From: Nitrosopumilus sp.
Lineage (GTDB): Archaea > Thermoproteota > Nitrososphaeria > Nitrososphaerales > Nitrosopumilaceae
Length of the DNA: 64,000 bases
Assembly (NCBI GenBank): GCA_965203315.1
Contig: OZ241857.1
Span: 704,001 to 768,000 of the forward strand
Direction of reading: 5' to 3'
The position numbers and the translations under genes are program-made. Shown one piece after another: positions 41,333-52,373 of this stretch (its first letter is position 1; every line of letters begins with the position of its first letter). The notes beneath the pieces were generated by a model. The model ran no database searches and was not told where the DNA came from. It saw only the letters and a program-made list of their open reading frames with translations.

Positions 41333-41776
41333 AATGTCACAGTTTACATCTTTATTAACATCTAAAGATTTGTTCCAATTAGCGTTGAGTGGATCTGAAG
41401 AGATATGTCCTTATTGTAGTACATCGAACGAATCACAAACTATCTCAAAGAATAGTCGCATGTAGGACTCATTTCTTAGATATTTGTGATACGAGAGATC
41501 TAAAATGAACACAGTACGATCGTTTAAGATTAGTTGTGTATTTTATGAAAGGTGTTTCACGCTCACAAAGTTCAAAGATTTAGACTAGATAAGAGATAAA
41601 ACTAATGCGATTAGGGATATCAGGTCTCCAAACTTGCTGATCGATAACACAGTAAAACAGATACGAAATTCGAACATATTGAGATAGAATCGATTGACTT
41701 TCAATCAGTTTCTGATGTATCTCTTCATTTTTTGACTGATTTCGGACATCAAATTCGTACGTAGTTCAAGGGTCAT

Positions 41777-42025
41777 TTGGTGGCAATGAATACCAAATCG
41801 CCAAAACTAATTTGGGATGATAGTGTAAGAAACAGTATGATGGAAGTCTTTGGTAGTTCGATCTCTAGGGATGGTATTTTATCCCATATTACGGGGGTTG
41901 CTAAAAAGGATGACGATACTCTTGATATTTGTTTTAAGAAAAGCGGAAAGTGCGCATATATGAGCTGTGTCAAAGAAAATAAAAGATACAAAGGCATCTA
42001 TGTGGAGGAGATACTTTTTGGCTAA
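41777..42025 (+). CDS. Hypothetical protein
   Basis: 82 aa ORF ending 1 bp before ATG 42027. Confidence 0.45.
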   Translation: MVAMNTKSPKLIWDDSVRNSMMEVFGSSISRDGILSHITGVAKKDDDTLDICFKKSGKCAYMSCVKENKRYKGIYVEEILFG

Positions 42026-42026
42026 A

Positions 42027-42833
42027 ATGAAAAGTACAGAGCCAATCAAAGTGTATCCTGACTCAACAAAAAGTTATTCACTAGAAGGAATACTCAAGAT
42101 CATTGAAAAGATCGAAGGCGGAGACATACTCAAGAGGATTGACGATCCAAATGAAAAAAAGTTTGTAGAAATATTGAGGGAAATAGAAAAGGTTAGAAAG
42201 GAACATCCAAAAACAGAACATGCGGAAGAGATACAGTTTGAAAAGTTAGAAGAAATGGCAAGTAAGTTAAAAAACCATAGTTTAGATACCCATGATAGAA
42301 ATAGGATCATGAATCTTATTCTAGAGTCTAACGAGGAGTATAAAGTTAGGAAAAACGTCAAGCATAGAATCTCTGATGTGATTTTATACATTTTGTTTGC
42401 TCAATCATCATATCCAATTCATGGCAGAATTACGATAACAAAACAAGTGTTCTTGACAATCAAAGAAGTACTAGGAGAAGAAAATGTGGAAAATCCTAAA
42501 TTTGTTCCATATAGGTATGGACCATACAGCTTTCTTGTAACACATGTTATATCAAATTTGGAATATGATGGGTTACTTGATATCAAAGGAAGAAAAAACA
42601 CATCTAGTGAAAAGTTCATTTTAACAGAAAAAGGCATAAAAGTTGCCAAGAAAAAATTTACAAGATTGCCTCGTAAATTACAAAATGAATTAATTGACAA
42701 ACGCATAGGATGGGATCAAAGTCATGTTAGAGGTATTTTAGCATACGTTTACAACAAGTATCCCGAATATACTGAAAAGTCTTTACTCAAGAAAAAATAT
42801 CAATCAATAATATGGGGAAGAGCTAGAGGTTGA
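42027..42833 (+). CDS. Winged-helix protein, SocA/DUF4065-like C-terminal domain
   Basis: GRITITKQVFL..FVPYRYGPYS..LTEKG..YVYNKYPEY; same pattern as 27354-27968. Confidence 0.65.
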   Translation: MKSTEPIKVYPDSTKSYSLEGILKIIEKIEGGDILKRIDDPNEKKFVEILREIEKVRKEHPKTEHAEEIQFEKLEEMASKLKNHSLDTHDRNRIMNLILESNEEYKVRKNVKHRISDVILYILFAQSSYPIHGRITITKQVFLTIKEVLGEENVENPKFVPYRYGPYSFLVTHVISNLEYDGLLDIKGRKNTSSEKFILTEKGIKVAKKKFTRLPRKLQNELIDKRIGWDQSHVRGILAYVYNKYPEYTEKSLLKKKYQSIIWGRARG

Positions 42834-42866
42834 ATCTCAAACAAATTAAATTAAAACGCATTGATG

Positions 42867-43045
42867 GGTTCTTTTAGCTTGTCGGGTGGTTAAGATGCAG
42901 GTATTTCAAGAAATGCACCGTATGCAACTTAAAACATCAATAATCTACAATGGGCGATCTAGACATTTTTCATAACTTGTAAAATTTTTAGAGAATGGTG
43001 CGTGAAAACTATCGACCCCCCCCCCCCCGTTAAGCTAAAAGAGCC
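42867..43045 (+). mobile_element. MITE family C
   Basis: ggttcttttagctt / aagctaaaagagcc; colinear with 4071-4246. Confidence 0.9.
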
Positions 43046-43107
43046 CATAGTTCACACAGACTCGATAAGATAATTAATGATAAATAACGAGTAGAATGTA
43101 CAGAGAC

Positions 43108-43275
43108 ATGACAAAATGTGAAGAGTGTGACGCAGATATTTCCATTCCTGCCGATGCCTTGGAGGGTGAGATCGTAACATGTCCAGAATGTGGTGCAAGT
43201 TTTGAGTTGACCAAAGGTGCAGATGGTTTTGATTTAAAGCCTGCCCAGACAGTAGGCGAGGATTGGGGGCAGTGA
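43108..43275 (+). CDS. lysW: Amino-group carrier protein LysW/ArgW (55 aa, absent from ORF track)
   Basis: MTKCEEC..GEIVTCPECG..EDWGQ, overlapping lysX start. Confidence 0.92.
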   Translation: MTKCEECDADISIPADALEGEIVTCPECGASFELTKGADGFDLKPAQTVGEDWGQ

Positions 43276-44111
43276 GTCCGGACATTACCATTCTTTATGA
43301 TACGATCAGATGGGAAGAAAAGGCGCTCTTGGCAGCAGGAGAGAGCCTCGGCATCAACATACAGATGATAGACTGTAAACAACTCGCGCTAGATCTAGAA
43401 AAGAGCCCTGATGATTACGGTACTGTCATTCAACGATGTGTGAGTTATTATAGAAACATACACTCCACTGCAGCGTTAGAAGGGTTGGGTGTCCATGTGA
43501 TCAACTGCCTCCATACTGGAATCTATGCAGGAAACAAGCTGTTTACACATATGCTACTAAAAGAGTCCAGAGTTCCAACACCTGCTGCGACAGTTTCTTT
43601 CTCCAAAGATGCCGCTCTCGAGATGATGGATGCGAAAGGCTTTCCCCTTGTGATTAAACCGACTGTTGGAAGTTGGGGCAGATTGATCTCTAAACTAAAT
43701 GATCATGATTCCGCTCAAGGAATACTAGAGGGTAGAGAAAAGATGTACCCAATACATCAGATACACTATATAGAAGAGTTTGTAAAGAGACCGCCCAGAG
43801 ATATTAGGGCGATAATGATAGGAGATGAGATCGTTGCTGCAATATATCGCAACTCTACCAATTGGAAGACAAACATGGCACTAGGAGGGGTAGCAGAACC
43901 ATGTAAAGTCACACCAGAGATGAGAGAGATGTGTATAAAGGCAAGAGCAGCAGTGCGAGGTGACATCATAGGAGTGGATCTGATGGAGAGTGAGAATGGT
44001 TTGGTGATTCATGAGATAAACAATACAACGGAATACAAGAATACCGTCAGAGTGTGTGGTATAGATATTCCAAAGTTGATGATACAGTACGCTTTAGAGA
44101 AAGAACGATAG
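43272..44111 (+). CDS. lysX: LysX/ArgX ATP-grasp ligase
   Basis: KPTVGSWG, RDIR, WKTNMALGG, HEINNTTE. Confidence 0.92.
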   Translation: MSPDITILYDTIRWEEKALLAAGESLGINIQMIDCKQLALDLEKSPDDYGTVIQRCVSYYRNIHSTAALEGLGVHVINCLHTGIYAGNKLFTHMLLKESRVPTPAATVSFSKDAALEMMDAKGFPLVIKPTVGSWGRLISKLNDHDSAQGILEGREKMYPIHQIHYIEEFVKRPPRDIRAIMIGDEIVAAIYRNSTNWKTNMALGGVAEPCKVTPEMREMCIKARAAVRGDIIGVDLMESENGLVIHEINNTTEYKNTVRVCGIDIPKLMIQYALEKER

Positions 44112-44113
44112 AG

Positions 44114-45253
44114 TTGGACACAAATTTTACAGTTACCCCAAGGTTTACGATAAAGATGCTAGAGAAGGCACTACGTCTATACACTCCATCACTAGAAGAG
44201 AAGCACCTTGCAGAGTTTCTCGCCGACAAGTGTGACGATCTAGGGTTTGACGAGATCAGCATAGACGATGTAGGCAATCTCATCGCAAAGAAGGGATCAG
44301 GCTCACCTACGATAATGTTGTGCGGACACATGGATGTGGTACCAGGCAAGATCAAGGTTAGACGCGAAGGCGATTGGTTGTATGGTCGAGGTGCGTCAGA
44401 TGCAAAGTCTCCACTCATGGCAATGTTGTTTGGTGCAGCTCTATCTCAAAACGTTGGGACGATAATCTTTGTAGGAGCGGTAGATGAAGAAGGAAATGCG
44501 ACAGGAATAAAGAATCTAGTAAAAAAACAGATGAATGTAGATTACGCAATATTTGGTGAACCTAGCGGAATACTACAAATCACGATTGCGTACAAGGGTA
44601 GGCTAGCGATAAGTTTGAAGACGAGTGTACCAGATAGTGCACATGCCAGTGCTCCATGGCTTGCAAAGAATGCTATACAAGAGTCCATGATCTTTGCCAA
44701 TGAACTCAAGACATCACTAGAAGCAAACCAAGAAGACAAGACCAAAGGTATGTTACTAACAGCAACCATAACAGAGATATCTGGAGGAACTAGTCACAAC
44801 GTCACACCCAAAGAATGTGAGACCACGTTTGATATCCGTATCCCCGTAAACATGTGTTGCAAAGACGTCGAGCAAAATATCGCAACCATTGTAAAAGAGA
44901 TATCTGCTAAACGACAAGTTGAGGCATTTTACTCTATACTTGATGAAACAGAACCGTTTGAGGCACCACACAACTCACCGCTAGTTAGAGCCTTAACTTT
45001 GAGTATAATGAGCATAGAAGGTACACGTCCACAACTCATTCGCAAGACCGGTACCGGTGACATGAATGTACTCGGAAACGAGTGGGGCATTCCTGTTGTA
45101 ACGTATGGTCCAGGTGATCCGCACGAATCACATACAATAAATGAAAAGGTATCGATCAAAGAGTATCTAAAGGGAATTGAGATCATAAAACAGTCACTCC
45201 AACACCTAAAGCGATTACACGACAAAAGGATACAACAATGCTCTGGTTTATAG
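44114..45253 (+). CDS. lysK: LysW-lysine/ornithine hydrolase (M20 peptidase)
   Basis: GHMDVV, GRGASDAK, DEEG, GTGDMN, YGPGD..H; start approximate. Confidence 0.88.
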   Translation: MDTNFTVTPRFTIKMLEKALRLYTPSLEEKHLAEFLADKCDDLGFDEISIDDVGNLIAKKGSGSPTIMLCGHMDVVPGKIKVRREGDWLYGRGASDAKSPLMAMLFGAALSQNVGTIIFVGAVDEEGNATGIKNLVKKQMNVDYAIFGEPSGILQITIAYKGRLAISLKTSVPDSAHASAPWLAKNAIQESMIFANELKTSLEANQEDKTKGMLLTATITEISGGTSHNVTPKECETTFDIRIPVNMCCKDVEQNIATIVKEISAKRQVEAFYSILDETEPFEAPHNSPLVRALTLSIMSIEGTRPQLIRKTGTGDMNVLGNEWGIPVVTYGPGDPHESHTINEKVSIKEYLKGIEIIKQSLQHLKRLHDKRIQQCSGL

Positions 45254-46290
45254 GACTGGGCATCTCGGGATTTGAGTCGATACCAAACAGAGCAATAGAC
45301 GTAATATCTAATGCAGATGTAGTATATCTAGAACAGTTTACTAGCCCCATAAACGACAGAGATCTGTCCAAGATTCGTGACATGTGTAGAGGCAGATTTC
45401 GACTAGGCAGAAGATGGATGATAGAAGATGGTAAAGAGATCCTAAACGATGCAGTTGACAAGACAACAGTCTTGTTGACATATGGAGATCCATACATTGC
45501 TACCACACATATAGAACTACGAGCACGTGCCACATCTCAAGGAATAGAGACTCGTTCGATTCATGCAGCGTCAGCTCTCACTGCAATTATAGGCCAATGT
45601 GGATTACACGTCTATAAAGTTGGACGAATTGCAACCATAATGAGTGAGACCAATCTACTAGTCACTCCATACTATACTATATACAAGAATCTCATCGAGG
45701 GCTATCATACATTACTATTACTAGAGTACAATCAAGACAGAGATTTCTTTATAGCACCAAATACGGCACTTGGCAATCTACTAGATACCGAATCGGGACA
45801 ACAGCGAGGTGTTGTAACCGAATCGACATGGTGCATAATTGCGTCCAGAGTTGGGCAGACCGATCAGAGAATAGTCGCAGGCAAGATATCCAGTCTAATT
45901 GATATCGACTTTGGTCCTCCGCCACACTCTATCATCATTCCAGGTACATTACACTTTACAGAATCTGATGCCCTCGAGGCTTTTGTGAGGTGTATAGATG
46001 CACCTACAAACAATACAGAGATGACTACAAAGATATCGGCACAGATGCTAAATAGATACATTCCCATGATACATGATGCCATACAAGAGATAGAACCACT
46101 ATGTGCGAATATCCCCAACATAGATCAGATACTAGAAAACGCCAAACTCTACGTTCAAGATGCAGAGAGATTTCTCCAAGACGGACATGAAGAGGTTGCA
46201 GTGCTAAGTGTCGGATATGCAGATGGTCTAGTTGACGCTATACGAATACAATGTGGTCTTGAACCAAAGATCGCTGACACGTCAAATTAG
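45238..46290 (+). CDS. dph5: Diphthine synthase with C-terminal DUF357-like domain
   Basis: LWFIGLG, GDPYIATTH, DFGPPPHSIIIPG; YADGLVDA tail. Confidence 0.9.
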   Translation: MLWFIGLGISGFESIPNRAIDVISNADVVYLEQFTSPINDRDLSKIRDMCRGRFRLGRRWMIEDGKEILNDAVDKTTVLLTYGDPYIATTHIELRARATSQGIETRSIHAASALTAIIGQCGLHVYKVGRIATIMSETNLLVTPYYTIYKNLIEGYHTLLLLEYNQDRDFFIAPNTALGNLLDTESGQQRGVVTESTWCIIASRVGQTDQRIVAGKISSLIDIDFGPPPHSIIIPGTLHFTESDALEAFVRCIDAPTNNTEMTTKISAQMLNRYIPMIHDAIQEIEPLCANIPNIDQILENAKLYVQDAERFLQDGHEEVAVLSVGYADGLVDAIRIQCGLEPKIADTSN

Positions 46291-46315
46291 ATCTGTATAA
46301 ATTAAATTCAAGGAT

Positions 46316-46942
46316 ATGTATCCACATTCAAAGATGAGAGAGAATGTAATTCTAGGTGCAGCATATGTAAGCCAGATTACAGGTCAGGATCTTGTAGAGA
46401 TACTTGAGACAAAGACATCACTGTCGGAGCTAGAGATAACTAACCAGATAGACAAGATGATAACAGAGCTCAAGATCGATAGAGAACAGAGACTCACTGC
46501 ACTAGGACGAGAGCAATTAAAGATAGTTCTTGCGGGAGGTGTCTTTGATATCATTCATCCAGGTCACATTCATACGTTGAACGCAGCTGCAAAACTAGGT
46601 AATGTTCTAGTAGTTGTGGTTGCTACCGACAACACCACAGTCAAGATGAAGAAGAGACGTCCATTACACTCTCAGGAACAACGTCGTGAGTTGGTGTCGG
46701 CACTAGGCATGGTTGATCTATGTGTAATAGGTCAAGAAGACGACATATTCAAGACTGTAAACATGATACAGCCCCAGATCATTGCGTTGGGGTATGACCA
46801 GACACACCAAGAAAAGTCAATACTAGAGGGATGTAAGCGAATAGATCTCGATGTCAGAGTGGCACGACTCGAGTCTCCTATACCGGACGACTCTAGCTCA
46901 AAGATTCAACAAGAGTATGGTAGTGAGATTCACGGGTTATGA
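46316..46942 (+). CDS. ribL: FAD synthetase (cytidylyltransferase family)
   Basis: GGVFDIIHPGH, LGYDQ, SSSKI. Confidence 0.82.
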   Translation: MYPHSKMRENVILGAAYVSQITGQDLVEILETKTSLSELEITNQIDKMITELKIDREQRLTALGREQLKIVLAGGVFDIIHPGHIHTLNAAAKLGNVLVVVVATDNTTVKMKKRRPLHSQEQRRELVSALGMVDLCVIGQEDDIFKTVNMIQPQIIALGYDQTHQEKSILEGCKRIDLDVRVARLESPIPDDSSSKIQQEYGSEIHGL

Positions 46943-47020
46943 TTGCTGGTTAAGCAGATAGTATGTCTAGAGAATGTGGTAGATCAAGAGTATGGTAGTG
47001 AGATTCATGGGTTATGATTG
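46910..47020 (+). repeat. 36-bp direct repeat pair at ribL/ribK junction
   Basis: caagagtatggtagtgagattca(c/t)gggttatgattg at 46910 and 46985. Confidence 0.9.
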
Positions 47021-47688
47021 GTTGCGATACGTACAGTTACTTTGGAACCATCATCTAGTCTAGCAGTCTCTCTGATACATACGTCAGAGATCAACTCTAT
47101 TATCGACTCGTCATGATGAGTCCTCTCCAAGATTATCATCTGACAGTTGACAGAGTTGACTAGAGCTGCAAAGCATTTGACCCAACCAAATGTTCTGGTA
47201 TCGTCACTAAATCCATCTATCATGACTCCAGACATATTGTTAAACTGTTGTAGCGTCTGTTGGTATATCGGATCACTCAACTTTATGTTGAGCGTTCCTG
47301 GAAACGGTACATAGCCTATCTTGTTCTTGAACTGCTTTGTGTATCCTTCAAGGGACATATAGTATGCCCCTTCACCCATGCCAGATGCTACTGTTCCTCG
47401 AACTAGAACGTTGTCGTCAGAGTTGATGCCCTTTTGGATCATTGAACCAAGACGTACTATCTTTGAGTATCCCCTAGGAGTTATACGTACTGCGACTCGG
47501 CGACCAGTAATCACTCTATCGATAAGCCGATTCTGTTCTAACTCTAGCAGATACTTGGATGTAGCTTGCTGCGATCTATGTATAGCTCGACCAAGATCTG
47601 TAGTGGTAATAGACACATAGTTGTATCGTGCACCTTGTGATAGTAAATACAACATGGCCATCACGTGCTTGATATTTAGGTCAAACAT
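47005..47688 (-). CDS. ribK: CTP-dependent riboflavin kinase with N-terminal wHTH
   Basis: SQQATSK HTH, SGMGEGAYY, PFPGTLN, ERTHH. Confidence 0.92.
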   Translation of the reverse strand: MFDLNIKHVMAMLYLLSQGARYNYVSITTTDLGRAIHRSQQATSKYLLELEQNRLIDRVITGRRVAVRITPRGYSKIVRLGSMIQKGINSDDNVLVRGTVASGMGEGAYYMSLEGYTKQFKNKIGYVPFPGTLNIKLSDPIYQQTLQQFNNMSGVMIDGFSDDTRTFGWVKCFAALVNSVNCQMIILERTHHDESIIELISDVCIRETARLDDGSKVTVRIATNHNP

Positions 47689-48052
47689 TCACTATACTTC
47701 ACACGGAGGCATAAAAATATCAATTGATGTATCTCGGATGATGGTTTACAAGCCCAAAATATTGTGATGTGTTGCAATGTTGTAAAATCAACAATAGAAC
47801 GCAATCAATTACGAATTGTCAGTTATCGTGATCTCGTTATTATTCCACAAGGCTGTAAAACCAGCAATAGAACGTACTCGATTACGAGTCTGTATCTGTA
47901 ATGGGTATTTGCGTCTATCGGTTTTTGACTCATTTAATACACTTTGTCAAATTCACCAAATACGCATAATTGATAAGAGTGTGTTTGCACTCAAACAATT
48001 GTTTTTGTCCACACATAAAAATTCCAGGATAACTAGCGGATATAAGTACACC

Positions 48053-48192
48053 AGACTGTATGCGTATTATTAAGAGTGCCCATGCCCAATCATCAACATG
48101 ATAACAATGAATCAATTTGCCTCTAGAAATCACACCTGTGTTTTATTGTACCTTAAAACGTGAGTATGATGTAAGAAATACGCATACAGTCT
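48053..48192 (+). mobile_element. MITE family B
   Basis: Perfect 16-bp TIR; flanked by acc/acc. Confidence 0.92.
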
Positions 48193-48313
48193 ACCATAGT
48201 CTCAACACCAAATATATCGTCAAAAAAGTTCAAAGACAAATGCATCACGCATGATCGACAAATATTTTTGATTAAATGTATACAATTGTATGTTTGTGCC
48301 AAATGCTCAAGAT

Positions 48314-51300
48314 CTAATGACCATATCTTTTGTCACATATTGTTGCGTAATCACAGTATTTACAGTTCATATAGTCAGGTTTGGCTGGAAATTCTTCATT
48401 AAATATGAAATTAGTCATCTCGGACAATCTAGTCTCAAACTCTTCTATATCTTTACTAGTTACATCATACGATACCATTGTACCATCTTTAAGATAAAGC
48501 AATGATACTTTTTTGGGAAGTTTTCCATACAAATGTCGTATAGCTAGTGCATAGATGTTTAGTTGAATGTCACTCTTGATCTTATTTTTTGAGAGTTTAG
48601 ACTTGCCAGTCTTAAAATCAACAACCATGTAATCACCATTCGGAGTCATCTCAACTCTATCAATCTTGCCAGTTATGACTACGTCATTAAACGATGTGGT
48701 GAATTTTATCTCAATATCCACTATAGAATTTTCATTAGAGTTGTGCCATTGCAAATACTTTTCCAACATATCCTTTGCAGAGTCTAGATATTGATCTTCT
48801 AGAGTTTTATTATCGTATGACAATGAATTCCAATATTTATCTAATATTTCAAATGCTAATTCCGTGGTGACTGTTTTGTTATCTTTTTGTAACTTTTCTA
48901 TACTCTCGATTGTTTTGTGGATATCACTACCAAATGAAAGATATGACTTTGGTCTACCAGGAGCATTCAACACATATTGAAACTTGAACTGTAAAGGGCA
49001 TTTATCAAAATTTGTGTACTTTGTCGAGCTGAGATGAAATGTATCTTTTTTGATTAGTTTTTGAGTAGGTTGTTTGTTTAATTGATAGTCTATCGCAAAG
49101 TCCGGATCTATGTCTAAAAGATTTTTGTGATCAAACTTTGTTAAATCATCATACGTTTCAAAATGCTTAATTTTGGCTAGATCGATAATCTTTTGGATTG
49201 CAGTAGATAGATTCATCTGATTGATCGCGTTTATAGCAAGTTTTTGGTGTTCATTCTTTAACCGCTCAAAATGTTCTATTGGTGTTGTCGAGATGTTAAT
49301 ATCAGAGACATATTCATCAAAGGAAATTAGTGGGTTTTTGGTATAGTCTAGTTCAGTTAAAAATTGTGAAGGTTTATTCTCGGTTTTACGATCCTCTGGC
49401 TTTCTAGTATATGTGATGTATAGGTGGCTCTTTGCGCGAGTCATTGCAACATAAAAGAGTTTCTTTTCATCTATAATGTGGAGTGTCTTTTCGTCTCCCA
49501 CTGTTTTAATGCCTTTGTTTAGATCATTTGGGACACGAAATGGTTTGGATTTTAGACGTAATGGCAGACTATTCTCAGATACATCCACTATAAAGACCAC
49601 TTGGAATTCTTTACCCTTACTTTGATGTATAGTGTTTACAAATATGCCATCGTCATCGTCCGACTCGTCAGTAAAGTCTAGATCGAGTTCAAATAGTTGT
49701 TTCAGATAATCAACAAAGTCACTCATATCATAATTTGGATATAGTTGTTCATACTCTTGTGCAAAGTCAATAATCTTTTTTAGTGCAGCACGTTGTATAC
49801 GACTCTCGAGTGAATCATCACCTAGTGAGTTTTTATACAATCCAGAAGTAGACATTATAATTGTGTGTACGGTACTAGAGATCGAAGATGATGTGTTGCA
49901 TAATTTGTTCAAGACGTCAACAAACTCGTTTAATACTCGCCATTGTGGATTGTTTTTACTAATTTCTTGTAATGACTTTAAGATGAAATCGACTCCAGGT
50001 ACACGGTTGTTTGCTAGTTTTTTAGAGTGGTGACCTATATCAGATATGTTGTACTCGTCTATACCATGATTCTTCATCAGTCTTATGATCTCGTTGCCGG
50101 CTCGTGCAGGATCAGCCACTATCTTTAGATACGCCATCAAGTCTTGAATTACAGGACCTTTGAACAGCTGATCTGATACCATAAAATTTACTGGTAGTCC
50201 CTCAAACTTTAATAATTTTATGAATCGAGATGCAGATCTTCTAGTTCGAAACAAGATAGCGATGTCTTTGGGAGACAAGCGATATTCTGTGCCATCCTCT
50301 GTGATCAGTTGGTTGTTTAAGAGATCTTTGATTGTATTTACAACATACTCGGCTTGAGCACCCTCATTTGAGCACTCACAGACGTTGATACGCTCTCCAG
50401 TTACATTACTAGTCGACAACTCTTTTGAAACTCGATCTGGAATAGACTTGATCAGTTGATTGGTCAGAGAGACTATATTTTTGGTGCTACGATAGTTTTG
50501 TACAAGATCTAGTGTCTCTGTACCTTGAAAATAGTTCTTAAAGTCTACAAAGATCTCTGCATATGCTCCTTGAAATCCAAATATGGATTGATCATCATCA
50601 CCCACAGCTGTGACATTTCCATCAGTCGAGATCAATTTGACAAGCTGCATTTGCGCATAATTATTATCTTGAAACTCGTCAATCAAAATATGTTTGAATT
50701 GTGATCCAAGTTTTGTTCGAATCGACTCGTTCTGTTGTAATAGATCAACCACCTCGACTAGAATATCATTAAAGTCAATCAAGTTTGTAGACTTCCAAAA
50801 CTCTTGAAACTTCACATATAGTTTATGCAGATCATATAGCTGTGATATCTTTTGTTGTTGATCTTGAGAGAGTGATTCGTTCCCTTTTCGATCAAGATAC
50901 TCTACCAATTCGGTAGTTGAGATTAGTTCATTTTTGAATAGCTTGATTCCGTCAGTTATGTCTTTTATTATATCTACTATATTGTTTCCAACTTTGACAT
51001 ACTCAAAGTTAAACGAGTCGATATTTCGAATACCCCACATGAGAATAGACGACTGTTCCAATATTCCGCGAATACTTGTTCCTGACTCTAGCACATGATC
51101 TTCTAATATCGATTTAGCAAATGAGTGAAGAGTGTGTATGTTAACTCCGACTATATTGTCGCCTTCCAACCTCTGTACCATCTCACCGGTAGCCTTTCGA
51201 GTAAAGGTCAGACAGAGTATCTCTTCTGGTTTTATACCAGATTTGATTAGATATTTGACGCGTTCGGTTATGACTCTAGTTTTGCCACTACCTGGACCTG

Positions 51301-51364
51301 CTCGAATTAAGAGAGGACCTTGATCATATTCTACAGCTGCTTGTTGGCGTGGATCAAGTTCCAT
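48314..51364 (-). CDS. UvrD/PcrA-like SF1 helicase fused to PD-(D/E)XK nuclease
   Basis: AGPGSGKT, DEFQD, GDDDQSI, NYRS, TIHQSKGKEF, YVAMTRAK; GKIDR..VDFKTG, QLNIY, CP..CKYCDY..C cluster. Confidence 0.92.
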   Translation of the reverse strand: MELDPRQQAAVEYDQGPLLIRAGPGSGKTRVITERVKYLIKSGIKPEEILCLTFTRKATGEMVQRLEGDNIVGVNIHTLHSFAKSILEDHVLESGTSIRGILEQSSILMWGIRNIDSFNFEYVKVGNNIVDIIKDITDGIKLFKNELISTTELVEYLDRKGNESLSQDQQQKISQLYDLHKLYVKFQEFWKSTNLIDFNDILVEVVDLLQQNESIRTKLGSQFKHILIDEFQDNNYAQMQLVKLISTDGNVTAVGDDDQSIFGFQGAYAEIFVDFKNYFQGTETLDLVQNYRSTKNIVSLTNQLIKSIPDRVSKELSTSNVTGERINVCECSNEGAQAEYVVNTIKDLLNNQLITEDGTEYRLSPKDIAILFRTRRSASRFIKLLKFEGLPVNFMVSDQLFKGPVIQDLMAYLKIVADPARAGNEIIRLMKNHGIDEYNISDIGHHSKKLANNRVPGVDFILKSLQEISKNNPQWRVLNEFVDVLNKLCNTSSSISSTVHTIIMSTSGLYKNSLGDDSLESRIQRAALKKIIDFAQEYEQLYPNYDMSDFVDYLKQLFELDLDFTDESDDDDGIFVNTIHQSKGKEFQVVFIVDVSENSLPLRLKSKPFRVPNDLNKGIKTVGDEKTLHIIDEKKLFYVAMTRAKSHLYITYTRKPEDRKTENKPSQFLTELDYTKNPLISFDEYVSDINISTTPIEHFERLKNEHQKLAINAINQMNLSTAIQKIIDLAKIKHFETYDDLTKFDHKNLLDIDPDFAIDYQLNKQPTQKLIKKDTFHLSSTKYTNFDKCPLQFKFQYVLNAPGRPKSYLSFGSDIHKTIESIEKLQKDNKTVTTELAFEILDKYWNSLSYDNKTLEDQYLDSAKDMLEKYLQWHNSNENSIVDIEIKFTTSFNDVVITGKIDRVEMTPNGDYMVVDFKTGKSKLSKNKIKSDIQLNIYALAIRHLYGKLPKKVSLLYLKDGTMVSYDVTSKDIEEFETRLSEMTNFIFNEEFPAKPDYMNCKYCDYATICDKRYGH

Positions 51365-51726
51365 AGAAGAATAGTCAAGATACTAGTCTAATAACTTATC
51401 CATAAAGTGTATCTAAGATGAGAGTCTTTAACAAACGTGTAGATCATGTGTGTGAAATATCAATGATCATTGTTTTTCCACAATCTAGAACATAGATTTT
51501 ATCTATTTTTCAATAATGCTCTAGACAGCAGTATCCATCACAAAGCATTCTTTATTTCCAAAAGAAAGAGTACTCTTGCATAACAGGTAAAGAGATGTGA
51601 ACTCGAGACTGTCTCAAATATATCAAAATACGATCAATCATACTCACTCTCTGTTCGAGATCTTGGAGACTTTTGATTATGTTTTTGATCGTCAACATTT
51701 TTATTATAAATAGATCAACGAACACA

Positions 51727-52305
51727 ATGTCTGAACCAAATGTTGTAGGAGTCAAGGTTCTAGAGCAGAACGGTCTAGATGTACAAGCGCTGGTGGCAGA
51801 ACTAGTTAAAAACGCAGCAGTAGAGTTTACTGCATACTATTACTTTACCAACCTCAGAGCGCATTGTACAGGGATCGAGGGAGAAGGCCTCAAAGGAATA
51901 ATAGAAGATGCTCGCTTGGAAGACCTCAGCCACTTTGAAGCATGTATTGAACGGATATACCAGCTCGGTGGCACACTCCCAAATGATGCTCTTGAATTTA
52001 TCAAGATGTCGGGTTGTGAGTTTTTGCAACTTCCTACAAACCCTACAGATCACAAACAGATTCTTGAGAGATGTCTCAAGGCAGAGCAAGGAGCCATAAT
52101 CAACTGGAACAAGATATGTCAAATGACGTTAGGTAAAGATCCTGCAACGTATGATATTGCAAAAGATATTCTAGCTGAAGAGATTGAGCACGAATCGTGG
52201 TTTCTCGAGCTCATTTACGGTAGACCGTCAGGACATATGCGTCGCAAATATGCTGGCGAACGACCTCACACTAGAAAGCACTCCAGAGCATTAGATATGG
52301 CATAG
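51727..52305 (+). CDS. dps: DPS-like (DPSL) ferritin-family protein
   Basis: EFTAYYY, EDLSH, EEIEHE ferroxidase motifs, GRPSGH tail. Confidence 0.9.
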   Translation: MSEPNVVGVKVLEQNGLDVQALVAELVKNAAVEFTAYYYFTNLRAHCTGIEGEGLKGIIEDARLEDLSHFEACIERIYQLGGTLPNDALEFIKMSGCEFLQLPTNPTDHKQILERCLKAEQGAIINWNKICQMTLGKDPATYDIAKDILAEEIEHESWFLELIYGRPSGHMRRKYAGERPHTRKHSRALDMA

Positions 52306-52373
52306 TTGGTCATCACTCTTCATATTTTTTGTACAAATTGCATGGTTAAATAGAAAAATCTCCATAATGATAC

